Shown: positions 1 through 11,905 of the stretch, one piece after another
Layout: each line of letters opens with the position of its first letter
Position numbering within the stretch: position 1 is the stretch's first letter
DNA from: Vicugna vicugna
Lineage: Eukaryota
Direction: 5' to 3'
Assembly: GCA_013265495.1 (NCBI GenBank)
Contig: MU057999.1
Location: 372,001-436,000, forward strand
Length of the DNA stretch: 64,000 nt
Program-made: the position numbers and the translations under genes
Notes under the pieces: model-generated
Told to the model about the DNA's origin: nothing
Seen by the model: the letters and a program-made list of their open reading frames with translations, nothing else
Database searches by the model: none

Positions 1-521
1 CAGATTATAGGACTAGGGGGCAGTATGAGGGAAGAGAAGCAGGAAGGAGTGTATTTCAGCTAGGAAGTGCCTTGGATCCAGGGTGGTTGGCTTGCAAAAG
101 CGCGTGCATCATTTGCCATTGGGATCTGCACAGATTAAGATCTTCCCTGGCAGTCCCACCCTGCTGTGCGAGGGGGGAGCCTGGGCTTGCCTTCCAACAA
201 ACACTGCACCTGGCTCTCCACTTCCAAGCCTCCTCTCAGTCTGACTATTCAGTCTGTTTGGAGTTGAACTCCCTCATGTGGCTGGTTTCCATAGTCTCTT
301 GGAAAACTCAGTCCTCTGAGCTCTGTGTCTCTCCCTTTCTCTTGAGATGCCATCTGGGTACCTGGGTAAATAAGTGCCTTTACTATATCCACTGAAGATT
401 GGGGTGAAAGGCCTCAATACACCAGGTCCTCTGCACCTCTCCTACTCTCTTTGAAGAAAGAGGCATCAGTTAACATAAGACTTGAGACTGGGGCCATATG
501 ACACCTGGGGTAACGTGCCTC

Positions 522-1340
522 CAGGACCAGCTACATAACTTGCAGGATCCAGTGCCCCCTTGTTCACAAAGGAGGAAAAAAAGTACTACCACAGTTACTA
601 AAATAGTAAGCTTTTCCTTTCTTCTGCAGTCTCTCTCTTGATTCAACATGGTGTTTTTTATTTGCTATTGAATGCTGTCTTTAAGTAAAGAAAAATTAAA
701 AATTTACACTGTTGCTATGAATTTTACCACCCATCTTTAAATTCTGCAATGCCAGTTTTAAATTTTAAAAAACTTAAAAGCATTTAACATATGTAAAATC
801 ACAGAAACTATACAATTTATGCATGCATGCGTTTGTATTTCACTCCTACCAAACAGTGGAAACGTTGCATAAAACTGTTTTGATTTTACTTCTTCATATG
901 CTTACCTTGTACCAACCAACATTCTCTACCTTCACCCTGCTGCTGAGCAAGGAGGACTGAACATCAAAGGAACTCTGGCTTGCCCAGTGTTGTTATCTGT
1001 CATCATTTTCAGAGTGAGTGAGTCACTAATACAGGGCAGTAATCCAAGTGAGAAAGGATACGGTGGGGTTCCTTGGTTATTTGTGCTTCTTAAAATGCCA
1101 CTGTTTTGTTTCTGCATTTGAAGCAAGTTCTGGTTCCAAAGGAAAGCATGGCCTCTCGGGGCCGTCATCTCCCACTTAGTCATGGACATGACACGCTTTC
1201 CTGTCCTCGCTTTGGGTCTTGGTAGAAGCCCATACGTTGTGAGTTCACCGGAGTTCTGTGCTCCTGGCACCTGTGCAAATGGAAGGCACGCATATCCCAT
1301 ACCCCCACTGTCCTGCTGGACTGCATGTACAGAGCACAGG
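522..1340. mobile_element. hAT-Tip100 DNA transposon relic (MER115/Zaphod-like)
   Basis: Begins CAGGACCAGCTACATAACTTGCAGGATCCAGTGC...CCCCTTGTTCA, resembling the terminus of this family as I recall it. Right boundary approximate. Confidence 0.55.
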
Positions 1341-1382
1341 CTCAAAGATCGAATTAATGATAAGTTCCAAACAGGAATAAGT

Positions 1383-1520
1383 GGGAGGGCGTAACTCAGT
1401 GGTAGAGGTGTGCTTAGCATGCACGAGGTCCTGGGTTCAATTTCCCATCCCTCCATTAATAAAAAACTAAATAAATAAATTAAGTAAAAACGTAACCCCC
1501 CCCCCCGCCCCCAAACCAAA
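1383..1520 (+). mobile_element. tRNA-Ala-derived SINE (camelid Vic-1-like)
   Basis: tRNA-Ala(AGC)-like head, AT-rich segment, C-run and A-rich tail; TSD CAAACAGGAAT at 1368-1378 and 1521-1531. Confidence 0.9.
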
Positions 1521-1710
1521 CAAACAGGAATCCCCGCGTTAAATCGACATTTGCATGGAAGCCCTTCTGGGTGCAGATCCAGAATACAAGGTAAGCCTCA
1601 GGGCCGGCTTCACCCACGCTGCGTGACAAGGGCTGCAGCGACCAATGACACTCACGCACGCACATTGCACGGACCTCCTCTGCTCATGGACGTGGTCTGT
1701 TGTCCCATCG

Positions 1711-1712
<2 letters not shown>

Positions 1713-1745
<33 letters not shown>
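1713..1745. repeat. (GT)n microsatellite
   Basis: Perfect GT run of about 16 units. Confidence 0.95.
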
Positions 1746-1746
<1 letters not shown>

Positions 1747-1809
1747 TTTACAAAACACAAGTTGAAGGTAACGTTATTAAGAATTTCAAGACGGTGACAA
1801 TCCACCATT

Positions 1810-2000
1810 AAACGGTGCGTGAGCCCTTCTGCGCGCGGCGCCCTCTGTAACTAACTACACAGGTCGCGCGCGCACGAAGCCGAGGGGGCGGAGGGCCGCC
1901 CCCTTCCGCTCTCCGCCGCCTGCCTGCTGGATGTCAGGGGCATAACACGCAGCCTCAGCAGCCACCAAGGACCATGTGGACGAGGGCCACGCCTAGGAAT
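1810..2000. promoter_or_regulatory. Small CpG-rich patch with a CTCF-like motif
   Basis: CGCG-rich runs and a GC box; minus-strand TTACAGAGGGCGC at 1850-1838 matches the CTCF core AGRGGGCGC. Confidence 0.45.
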
Positions 2001-2146
2001 GGCGGAGAGGGACCAGGGAAGCTCAGAGGGACCAGGGTCTCTCACATTTTACCAGCCTGGAGAGCCAGCCTCCAGGCTTTTACATGAAAGAATAAATCTG
2101 CGTGTGTGTTCCAAGTCACCATTACATTGTTTTTAAAAAAAGATTG

Positions 2147-2293
2147 GTAGGGGTATAGCGCAGTGGTAGAGCCTGTGCTTAGCATGTGTGAGGTCCTAGG
2201 TTCAATCCCCAGTACCTCCATTAAAAAAAATACACACACACACACACACATATATGATATAAATATGTATACTAAAAAGAAACTTCCAACAAC
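2147..2293 (+). mobile_element. tRNA-Ala-derived SINE (Vic-1-like)
   Basis: Same head; tail contains a (CA)n run; TSD AAAAAAAGATTG at 2135-2146 and 2294-2305. Confidence 0.9.
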
Positions 2294-2542
2294 AAAAAAA
2301 GATTGACTAACTCAACATACATTTTACCCTTGATAACAGATTTGATATAACAACTTCAGTTGAGGGAAGAAACAAAACTGACTCATTTCTACAAGCCTTA
2401 GAAATAGGAATAATGTTGTAAAAAGGAACGCATTATCTGTCTATAAATTTAAACGATGTACTTCATTGGTTTGTATGATTGGAATATGTATGGAAATTAA
2501 TAAACTGTGTAAGTTTAAAAAATGTGTTTTTAAGCTACTATA

Positions 2543-2683
2543 GGGGGAGGGTGTAGCTCAGTGGTAAAGCGCATGCCTAGCATGCATGAGGTCCTGGGTT
2601 CAATCCCCAGTACCTCCATTAAATAAATAAATAAACCTCCCTCTCACCAAAAAAAAAAAAAAATCTGTCATCATACAGATACA
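2543..2683 (+). mobile_element. tRNA-Ala-derived SINE (Vic-1-like)
   Basis: Head with intact A and B boxes, poly(A) tail; TSD TAAGCTACTATA at 2531-2542 and 2684-2695. Confidence 0.92.
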
Positions 2684-2910
2684 TAAGCTACTATAAACCA
2701 AACCCAATCCTACCTGATGTAGCACCTTTGTGTCCCTTTTCCTGGGACACAGGTACTTCTGGATCCCCTGCCAGCCACTTGGAGGCCACAGGGAACCAGA
2801 GGTGGGCTCTTTAGCTCAAATATCCAGCTTCCCAGCTCCCTCCAGCTATGAGCATGGAGCTAAACTCTGGGCCATATCTGAAGTGCCTTCCTATGGGGTT
2901 TAGCTTCTAC

Positions 2911-3095
2911 CAGGGATTGGCAAACTATGGCCCATGGGCTGGCCACCTGTCTTGTAAATGGAAGTTTTATGGGAACACAGCCACACAGGATCATTTAGGT
3001 ATTGTCTATGGAGGCTTTTGAGCTATGATGGCAGAGTAGAATACTTTGTGGTAGTTCTATTTATCTGATCCTTTAAGGAAAAGTTTGCCAAGTCC
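2911..3095. mobile_element. MER58A-like hAT-Charlie MITE
   Basis: Terminal inverted repeats CAGGGATTGGCAAACT ... AGTTTGCCAAGTCCT; internal GGAACACAGCCAC. Confidence 0.8.
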
Positions 3096-3229
3096 TATCT
3101 TAGAAGATTTCACTAAGAATGGCGCCAGTCCCTCCTGACCCATCTAAGCCTGTGGGCTTCACCACTGCTTCCACCATCATCTTGCTTTTTTTCCTTCCAA
3201 TCCTCAGGCCAGAAGGGTCAGGCTTCCCC

Positions 3230-3413
3230 TCAGGTATGCTCGTAAAGATTTAACAACAGGCTCTCTGGGAGGGAAAAAAAGCCCTTACGTGTAGAGTTTG
3301 CTCATATCTGTGGTGTAAATATCCACCCTGTGGCTGATTTCGAACTAGAGTTAGGAGGAGATGAAGATAATCATCTCTAAGGAGCCATCAGAGACGCTTC
3401 CAGTACAGTACTG
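3230..3413. mobile_element. MER63-like hAT-Blackjack MITE
   Basis: GTAAAGATTTAACAACAGGCTCTC...GTGGTGTAAATATCCACC resembles MER63A as I recall it. Confidence 0.6.
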
Positions 3414-4324
3414 GAGCCACTTCCTTTACATCTGGTCTGGGCTCTTCCACCAATTTTGTGTTTAATAGAACCCTAGACTCTAATCAGCCAGGCCTGGCTT
3501 TGATATACTAATTGCAGCTGAAGGAATTTCGAGAATTTAGTTCCCTGGCTTTCAGCAAAGTAAAATTTCCCTTTGACCATGTCAAGGTTTTTTGTGTTTA
3601 CATTCTGTTTTGTTCATTTCAATACATGTTTTGTCTACAGATTGAGTCTAATATATTAAACCCCACAAAAATAATATTATTATAACATGTGATTCCAATG
3701 TTACAATTGTGTAAATATTATTTGCTGCAGAATCAAGTCATATGACCAGAACTCTCAAGGAAAAAAAACAACCTTCAATTACTAAACATCTGTAGGTCAA
3801 AGGAGAATGTTCCAGGCCTCCAAGTCCATTTTTCTCTATGTTTATATTTTTAACATTCAGCTTCTATTTTTTAAGAAATCTCACTTACTGTTTTTTGAAT
3901 TGTTTTATTTTAGTGTCACATCTTCATAGGCAATGCATGGATGTTAAATTTTCTGACTCCCTGAATTTCAGAAAAATGTCCTTGTTTTGTCTTCATTTGA
4001 GGGGGTAAAATGGCTGGCTACAGCATTCCAGATTCAAGGTAATTCTCCTTCAAAATCGGATGCAAAATCTGAAGTCAGGCTGAATCTTGTTTCTTCATAT
4101 GTAAACTATTTTTTTTCTTTCTGGAAGTTTACATGGTTTTGCTGAAATTTACCCAACTGCATTTAAACATGGTGTTTCTTTAGTCATCCTCTTTGGCCCT
4201 CAGATGGATACTTAAAAAAAACACAAAACCAAAACAAGACATTTATTTGGTTTAATACCAAAATGTATTATGAGGAAAACAAAGATGGCAACAATAGTGC
4301 CACAGAGATAATTCCAGTTAACAT

Positions 4325-4864
4325 TTTTAAAAAATTGAAATATAATCAGTTTATAATGTGTCAATTTCTGGTATACAGCATAATGTTTCTGTCATACATA
4401 TACATACATATATTCCTTTTCTTATTATTTTTCATTCTAGGTTATTATAAGATATTGAATAGAGTTCCCTGTTCTATACAGAAGAAACTTGCTTATTTCA
4501 TATATATTAGTCAGTATCTGCAAATCTTGAACTCCCAGTTTACCTCTTCCCACCCACTCCCCCCCATAACCATAAGTTTGTTTAGTATGTCTGTGAGTCC
4601 ACTTCTGTTTTGTAGGTGAGTTCATTAGTGTTTTCTTTTTTCTTTTTTAGATTCCATGTATAAGTGTTATCATATGTTATTTTTCTTTCTCTTTCTGCCT
4701 TACTTCACTAAGAATGATGATCTCCAGGTCCATCCATGTTGCAGCAAGTGACATTATTTTATTCTTTTTTATGACTGAGTTGTATTCCATTGCATAAATA
4801 TACCACAGCTTCTTTATCCAGCCATCTGTCAATGGACGTTTAGGTTGTTTCCATGTCTTGGCTA
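4325..4864 (-). mobile_element. 5'-truncated L1 (3'UTR and ORF2 end), lineage-specific type
   Basis: Typical L1 3' sequence (TTCCATGTCTTGGCTA, GATCTCCAGGTCCATCCATGTTGC); imperfect TSD TCCAGTTAACATTTTT / TCCAGTTGCCATTTTT. Confidence 0.9.
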
Positions 4865-5131
4865 TCCAGTTGCCATTTTTAAAGCATAAAACAACACAAT
4901 ATCGTGCAAAGAGGGGAACAGTTCTGTACTGTATAAAAACAAAATGTACAGCTCTCCTCAGACCTCCCTCAGACCTGCAGTCCCTCCCCGCTTCTTCATT
5001 GGTTCATCGGGTATCCATCCTTTAGAGGAAAGATGTTTCTACTGGCAAACAGAATTCACGTTTTAAACGTACACACCACACAGAGTTCGCACAGTCAGCT
5101 TTCCCTCACTCCACTCCATCAGGGATCTAAC

Positions 5132-5593
5132 TGTTGTAAGGAGGAACAAATCCGACTCCATATTGGATCTGCTTCTTTTACCTTAACCTTTATATTCTAT
5201 TGCTTTTACTACAAATTAAGAATGTTGCCTATAGCCTCAAGTACACAGACAGCCCATTCTCAAGGCTCTGACCTTTGAAGATATAACACTTTCCCATTCA
5301 TAGATAAAAGGTTGTAGAACAGAGGATAACATTTGTCTTGGAGGTTTACAGGAACATCATGACCTGACCCATGTGGACAGCTGCAAGAACAAAGGACTCT
5401 GACACCAAGAGGTTTGCAACAACCATTACCCCGCCTCCCCGTTTAGTATAAAAGAAGCTTGAATTCTAACTTGGGGAAGACTAGTACACCATCTTCTTGC
5501 TCTGCTGGCTTTCCGAGTAAAGTTGCTATTCCTTGCTCCAGCACCTGGTATCTCAATGCACTGGCCTGTCTGTTGAGCTTGGACTTGGTAACA
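5132..5593 (+). mobile_element. ERV1-class solo LTR (LTR-A)
   Basis: TGT...ACA termini; TATAAAA at about 5448 and AGTAAA at about 5516; perfect 4-bp TSD TAAC at 5128-5131 and 5594-5597. Confidence 0.88.
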
Positions 5594-5600
5594 TAACTAG

Positions 5601-6198
5601 TGTAACCAAGCAGGACTCTACGGGACCTTCCTGGGACAGACCCCTCTCCCATATCCTCTGCTGTAGCTCCTTTCTGAACTACCTAGATTATAGTATCTGG
5701 TGCATATTTCTTGAGTTTTTCAGATGCTAAAACCACCACCAAATGGAAGAAATTAACACTACGGGACCTTCCTGGGACAGACCCCCTCTCCCATATCCTC
5801 TGCTGTAGCTCCTTTCTGAACTACCTAGATTATAGTATCTAGTGCATATTTCTTGAGTTTTTCAGATGCTAAAACCACCACCAAATGGAAGAAATTAACC
5901 ACTTGATGACCATATAGTCCCCAGACCTGCTGGCCCCTAAGGATTTATGTTACCTCAACATCAACCAATCAGAGAATTGTGCACAAGCTGACTACATACC
6001 CTGCAACCATCCCTCCCTCACCTGGCCTTTAAAAATGCTTTGCTGAAACCCTTCAGGGAGTTCAAGGGTTTTTTGGGGCTCGAGATATGTGTCTTCCTTG
6101 CTTGGCTCTGCAATAAACGTTTCTCTGCTCCAAACTCTGACATTTCAGTATGTTTGACCTCACTGTGCACTGGACACGTGCACTTGTGTTTGGTAACA
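5601..6198 (+). mobile_element. ERV1-class solo LTR (LTR-B), with an internal tandem duplication
   Basis: TGTAACC...GGTAACA termini; CCAAT at about 5965, TTTAAAAA at about 6028, AATAAA at about 6112; TSD CTAG / CCAG (1 mismatch). Confidence 0.88.
5618..5899 (+). repeat. Tandem duplication, 2 x ~141 bp, inside LTR-B
   Basis: 5618-5757 and 5759-5899 differ by one C indel and one G/A substitution. Confidence 0.95.
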
Positions 6199-6436
6199 CC
6201 AGTACCTTGCTGATGGACATTTAGACCATTTCAAGTTTTAGGTCTCTACAAACAATGCTGCAGTAAACATCTCTGAAAGATTATAGATATCTTGACATAT
6301 TTTAATGACTGTATGCAAAGGATAAATTCCTAATATTGCTAGATTAATGAGTTAGGACACTTTATATTTTGATCATTTTTTTGCCAGTATGCCCTGCAAA
6401 AGTTTGCACATTTCAGTCTTAATAATAAGTTATCAC

Positions 6437-6606
6437 GGGAGGGTGTAGCTCAGTTGTAGGCTGCATACCTAACATGCACAAGTTCCTGGATTCACTCACT
6501 GGTACCTCCATTAAAGATAAATAAATTTAAAAACCTAATTACCTCTCCCCCACAAAAGTAAAATCAATACAAATCTAAAAAAATTAGAAAAAGATATGTT
6601 TAAAAA
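6437..6606 (+). mobile_element. tRNA-Ala-derived SINE (Vic-1-like), diverged
   Basis: Diverged head and AACCTAATTACCTC tail; imperfect TSD AATAATAAGTTATCA / AATAATAGGTAATCA. Confidence 0.88.
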
Positions 6607-8990
6607 AATAATAGGTAATCAGAGTGTTTCATTCCCCACTAACTTATTAAAGTAGTTATTTTCAAGCTTTCCAAGCAACGCCAATCCGATAGGCAAAAAC
6701 ATTGGTGCTTTCATGTGTGTTTCTTTATTAGAACTTACGGCTTTGTATTGTTTCCTGTGTTTATTGGCTGTCCGAATTTTCTTTTCCTGACTCCTCTTTT
6801 ATGTTCTTGGCCTCAGTGGATCTTTTTTTTAGATGACCTGTCTTTCTTTGCCTCAGGAAAAAGTCCTTTGTTTCCTTCTCCAGTTGTCTCCTTGCCTCTG
6901 TGTTCTCTGCCTTTTCCCTGCATCCGGACATCTACGTTTGTCCTTGTGTAATTCTATTTACTTTTATTAATTTTATTGATGTACAGTTGATTTACAATGT
7001 CCCATTAGTTTCAGGTGTACAGCAAAGTGATTCAGATATATATATATATAGTCATTTTATTTTTCTCTCACATTTTCCAACTATTGGTCTTTTCATTCTC
7101 CCTCAAAGAAAATATTTTTCAACATTCTCTCTCCAATATTCATCTTGCTTTTGAAAAAGGTAGAAATAGAAATACTGCTAATCCAGTTTGTCGATACCAC
7201 CGTCCTGCACTATTAAGCTCTATTTTTCTGGTATATATGTCTGTATTTCTCAACTCCAGAAGTCACCTTTGGACTTCCTGTTCCGGGAGATGAAGATTTG
7301 CGCTAACCCCTCCTCCACGCCCCCCACTGCTAGTCTCCATCCTGTTCCAGTAGTTATGCCCCAGCTTTTTGTTAAAGTATTAGTTACTTTTGAAGGTAAA
7401 TATGTGAGTGTAGTTCATGGCCAAGTTAAAGAGTTTATTATGGTTACGCTTCCTTTGTTTTTTCCCCTGGAGTGAAAAATTACCTTTTAAAAAAATTTGG
7501 TTTTGCTTTAGTTTTACATGTACCTTTAACTAAAGCCTCTAAACTCTCCAAAAGGAATCGGAAAAGACTTGTGAGTGTGGAAAAGCCTTCCTTCCTTTGT
7601 TTCTCTGCTTCTTGAGGTTTGAGGACAGAGCCAAGAAAGACAGGATCAGAGTGTCAGGGAGAGACAGGAGGCAGGAGAGGCCGGGGCCTGGAAAGGGGAA
7701 GACAGATCCGCAGCGGCCCCAGAACCTGCTTCAGGAGTCCGGTGTCTAAGCTCGGAATGTCTCTACAGAAAGTCTTTCTGATGGTGGGTGTTTCCCAGCC
7801 CATGCCCCACCCCAGCCCATCGACAAGCTGATCAGCTGTATTGGACCTTTGCAGGAGGTTATCAACCTGTAGCATTGTCACTGTACAAATTGGCACTGAC
7901 ATGTTGGCGTTGATCTTGAATGGTGTGCTGGCGGTGGGGGGGTATGTGGTGAGTCTGCTTGTTGGAGGCAGAAGCAGACCAAAGGCAAGCCCTCAAGGTC
8001 TCCATCCTGGCCAATGGGGTGAGATGAGCGGCAGAGAGAGTCCAATTTAAGAGGAGGGGAAACTTCCCTTTGGGCAGGAACCCCTTCTGGATCTCAGCAT
8101 CCTTTCTTCCAGACCCTTGCTTTTGTTAACCCTGCCCAGCATCTAGCACATGTTGAAGAAATAATATGAGCTTAGGCTGCCTCTCAAGGATGCTGGATAA
8201 ATCCACACAAGTCAGAGGTTTGTGACTTAGGGACAGGATGGGGAGAACAGCACCATGTATTTTGATACAATTTAATGTCATGAGTTGTGGAAGGACCGAG
8301 AGATCCAGAAGGGCCCATCAGGGCTTGGCAGACCTTGCAAACCTCTTTTGGGACACCAGCCCCTCCATCAGTAAACCCTTCTGCAGGTGGTGAGGTGAAA
8401 GCTGGGGAGCTCTCAAGTTGCTAGTTTTTAACAGAATCAAATTTTAGTTGAATGAAGCCCCTGAGATGGGGTAGTGGGTATTGAGAGACTGTACCTCAGA
8501 GTTTTTCCTGGCTTTGTCTGGACTGTGTGGCCCCCGGAACTCTCCAAAGAGCCGGGTGGTGATGCACTCCTGGCAGGCCACCTGAGCAGAGGAATTCTTA
8601 CTCTGCCTGGGCCTGGCTTTGTGCATGTCCCAGGATTCCGTCCTGGTGGCTGCAGGGAATACAATTGTTAGTCCCCAGACCACCCATCTAAGCTATACTC
8701 CCTGCCATCTCCACTGGGTCAGGACCAGCTCTGTTGTTTAGCCCTGATCTCTGTTTGAAAGTGCCTTGTGATAGGTGTTTGTCCCATTTTGCTAACCTTG
8801 CCCAGCACATAGCAGGTGACCAGTAAGTGATTGTTGTGTGACTCAGTAACTCCCATCCTCTCTCAGAGTTGAGCTCTGCAGTATGATTAAAGGAACAGGA
8901 ATGGCTTTCCCCTTGTCAGCACTGCTCCCCTCTGAGAGGTGCACTGAGCATCTTCCAGAGCTCTCTGCCTTTCTACTGGGACTGTGCTGT

Positions 8991-9016
8991 ACACACACAC
9001 ACACACACACACACAC
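8991..9016. repeat. (AC)n microsatellite
   Basis: Perfect AC run of about 13 units. Confidence 0.95.
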
Positions 9017-10635
9017 CCCTATGCACATGCATGTGTGTGCACACATGCACAAGCGGACACTTATCACCCCTGTTCAGGACACATTTGCTGCTCATCTGTG
9101 TCTCAGCACAGAAACACAAGAGTTCCTGCTTAGGACCTCTTTCCCACTCTCCCTCCAGGGCTATGCCTAGAGATATTTTCCAGGTGCTTTTAGATGTCTA
9201 GAGGCATCCACATCAGTCATCATGACCATCACAACGCAGTTCTTGCTACGCGCTCGGCATTGTTCACTACTTTTCATTCTGCATCTCATTTACTCCTAGC
9301 GACAACTCTAAGACTCAGAGAAGTTAATTTGCTTGGGATCACATAGATGATCCCAGATAGGAACCTAGGTCTTTCCTACCCATATCTGTGCACTTCACCA
9401 CGCCACAACACTTAGACACCAAAGCCAGGGTTCAGCAAATGTTCCAGCAGGAAGGATGTGGGGTTCTGAGACATGCTGTGTCTCAGCCACCAGGGGCCGC
9501 TATTTCCCCATGCTCGGGTCAGGAACTTGGCAGCTGACCCCCAGAGACAGAGCTTGTCCTCCACAGAACACAGTCTGAACTTGGACTTGTGAGCCCAAAG
9601 GAGTCCCCCAAATTCAAGGGTGCCTTCCCCACTTTACCACAGCCCTCAGCACAGCCTTCAGCTTTCCTGTGCCCCAACCACATGAAAGGGAGCATGGGAG
9701 GCTGACCATTGCAGATGCCAAAGGAGAAGTCTGAACATGGAATTCTTCTGCTCTGTGAGAATTTCTTCCAGCTGTAGGGACTTTGTCTGGCTTTGAGGCG
9801 CATGGTTAACTGTCAGGTCCCCTTCCTGAGAGTGGAAGGTTGGCTTTCAGAGATATGGGCCCATGGGCTAGGAGAGTCCAGTTAGATCCCGGGGTTCCAA
9901 GATGCAAGATGATCTGTTGGAGGTAAGGGGACAAAATACTAGAACTTTTATTTATGTATTCATATATATTTTTAACCTAAAAATAAGAATGCCACTTTAC
10001 TAATATTTGATATCCAAATTGGCGGTGTCTCTCTCACTGAGATGAATGTCAAATAGCCCTGTGTCAGCAAAGCATGTGTGACAGGGTTGATATGTCCCCT
10101 CTGGGCTGGGCTTATGGAGTGTATTATGTACTTTAACTAAAGCAACCCTTACAGAATTTCCCACAGAGAAACCAGGGTCTGAAGGCAATACACACAGTAC
10201 CTGTACAAGTGATCCAGAGAAAGAGAAATGACTGATCTGTCACCTCACTCCTCATAGGAGCACTTGGATGCATATGACAAAAAAAAAAATGACAGTCTAT
10301 TCAGATCTGACATCAGTTTCCCAAATTCAAATCTGTCAAAACCATTTGAAAGTCTATCTGTTATCATTTGTCATGAGCTTTGCTATAATACCAAATGTAG
10401 CTGTGTCTTGATATCATTAGTCCTGGGGACAGGAGCACACCTGTGTGCTGTATCAGAGATGCAAGCAAAAACACGTTTGGAGACTGAAGCCCAGATCAAA
10501 AGACTTGGAGATCACGGTGCGTGCTGCTGCCAGCAGTCCAGCATTCCTGTCCTGACAGCTCTTTGAATCTGCTGTGCGCCCAGGGCCTAAGCACTGGGGT
10601 TTGGGTATTTTTGGGGGGGACAATTTCAGGGAAGT

Positions 10636-11139
10636 ATTTTTATTTTATTTTTAAACACTTTTATTGTGGTATGATTTCTGTATAGTAAACTACATATATT
10701 TCAGATGTACAATTTGATGAATTTTGATAGATGTATGCACCTATGAAACCACCACCACAATCAAGATAGCTAACATCTCCATCACTCCCCAAGAGGTGCA
10801 AATTTCAAACTCCCAATTTATCCCTTCCCACCCCCTTTACCCACTGGTAACCATAAGTCTGTTCTTTATGTCCGTGATTCTGTTTCTTTTTTGTAAAGTT
10901 CATTTGTGTCTTTTAAAAAAAATTCCACGTATAAGTGATATCATATGATGTTTTTCTATCTGGCTTACTTCATTTAGAATGATGATCTCCAGGTCCCTCC
11001 ATGTGGCTGCAAATGGCATTATTTTATTCTTTTTTATGGCTGAGTAGCATTCCATGGTCTATACATACCACATCTTCTTTATCCAGTCATCTGTTGATGG
11101 ACATTTAGGTTGTTTCCACGTCTTGGCTCTTGTAAATAA
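10636..11139 (-). mobile_element. 5'-truncated L1 with a variant 3' end
   Basis: L1 3' body at about 10797-11135 joined to a different terminal segment at about 10660-10790; TSD CTAAGCACTGGG at about 10587 and 11140. Confidence 0.88.
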
Positions 11140-11905
11140 CTAAGCACTGGGTTTTGTGAACATTGTTGCTGACATTGCTCATCGCCCAGACATTGGAACT
11201 ATAACCCTTTGAGATTTGGTTCAGATTCTGGATGAGGCATTTCAAACTGGGTGGGTTTTGTTTGTTTTTGGTCTGCTTCATGAATGCCCAATTCCTGTCA
11301 CAGAAGGAGGGGGAATAAGAGGAGGAGGAAGGGAAGGCATGGCCCTTCTGTGCGTGGCCCTCTTTCGTGCTCCTGGGAGTAGGTCTACTTTATGGGATTC
11401 CCGAGGATCTGTCCTGGTTTACTGCACATTTTCCCACCCTGCACAACAGAAGGGCCTCCCTCTCAGCGCCAGTCCCTATGTGCTTCCTTTCAGGGGCAGA
11501 AGATTAAAAAGCAAACAAAAAACTCAAGGGATTTGTCCAAATCTTGACACAGGGACAGTTACATTCTAAGTGGACTCACGGAGAACAGGTGCACGGTCGG
11601 CAGTATCAGGTGGTGTTAAAGCGCAGTCCAAAGAGCAGTCCTGGCGTGAGGCTCAGAGGGGGTTAGCCATTCGCCTAAAGTGATCGGGCAAGTTACCAGC
11701 AGACGGGAGCGGGCCCTCCCTGCCCAGTTCTGCCCACAGACCAGACTCACGGGGGTTGTGGGCAGTGAGATGACCCTCCACACATCAGTGAAGGGCATCC
11801 TGGCTTGAAGTAACTCCATGGGAAGGGGCTGAATGTCTGGGGCAAATTCGTCCCTGAAACCATATCCCCGCCTGGGCCCAGTGGGAATTACAGTCCCACT
11901 CATCT

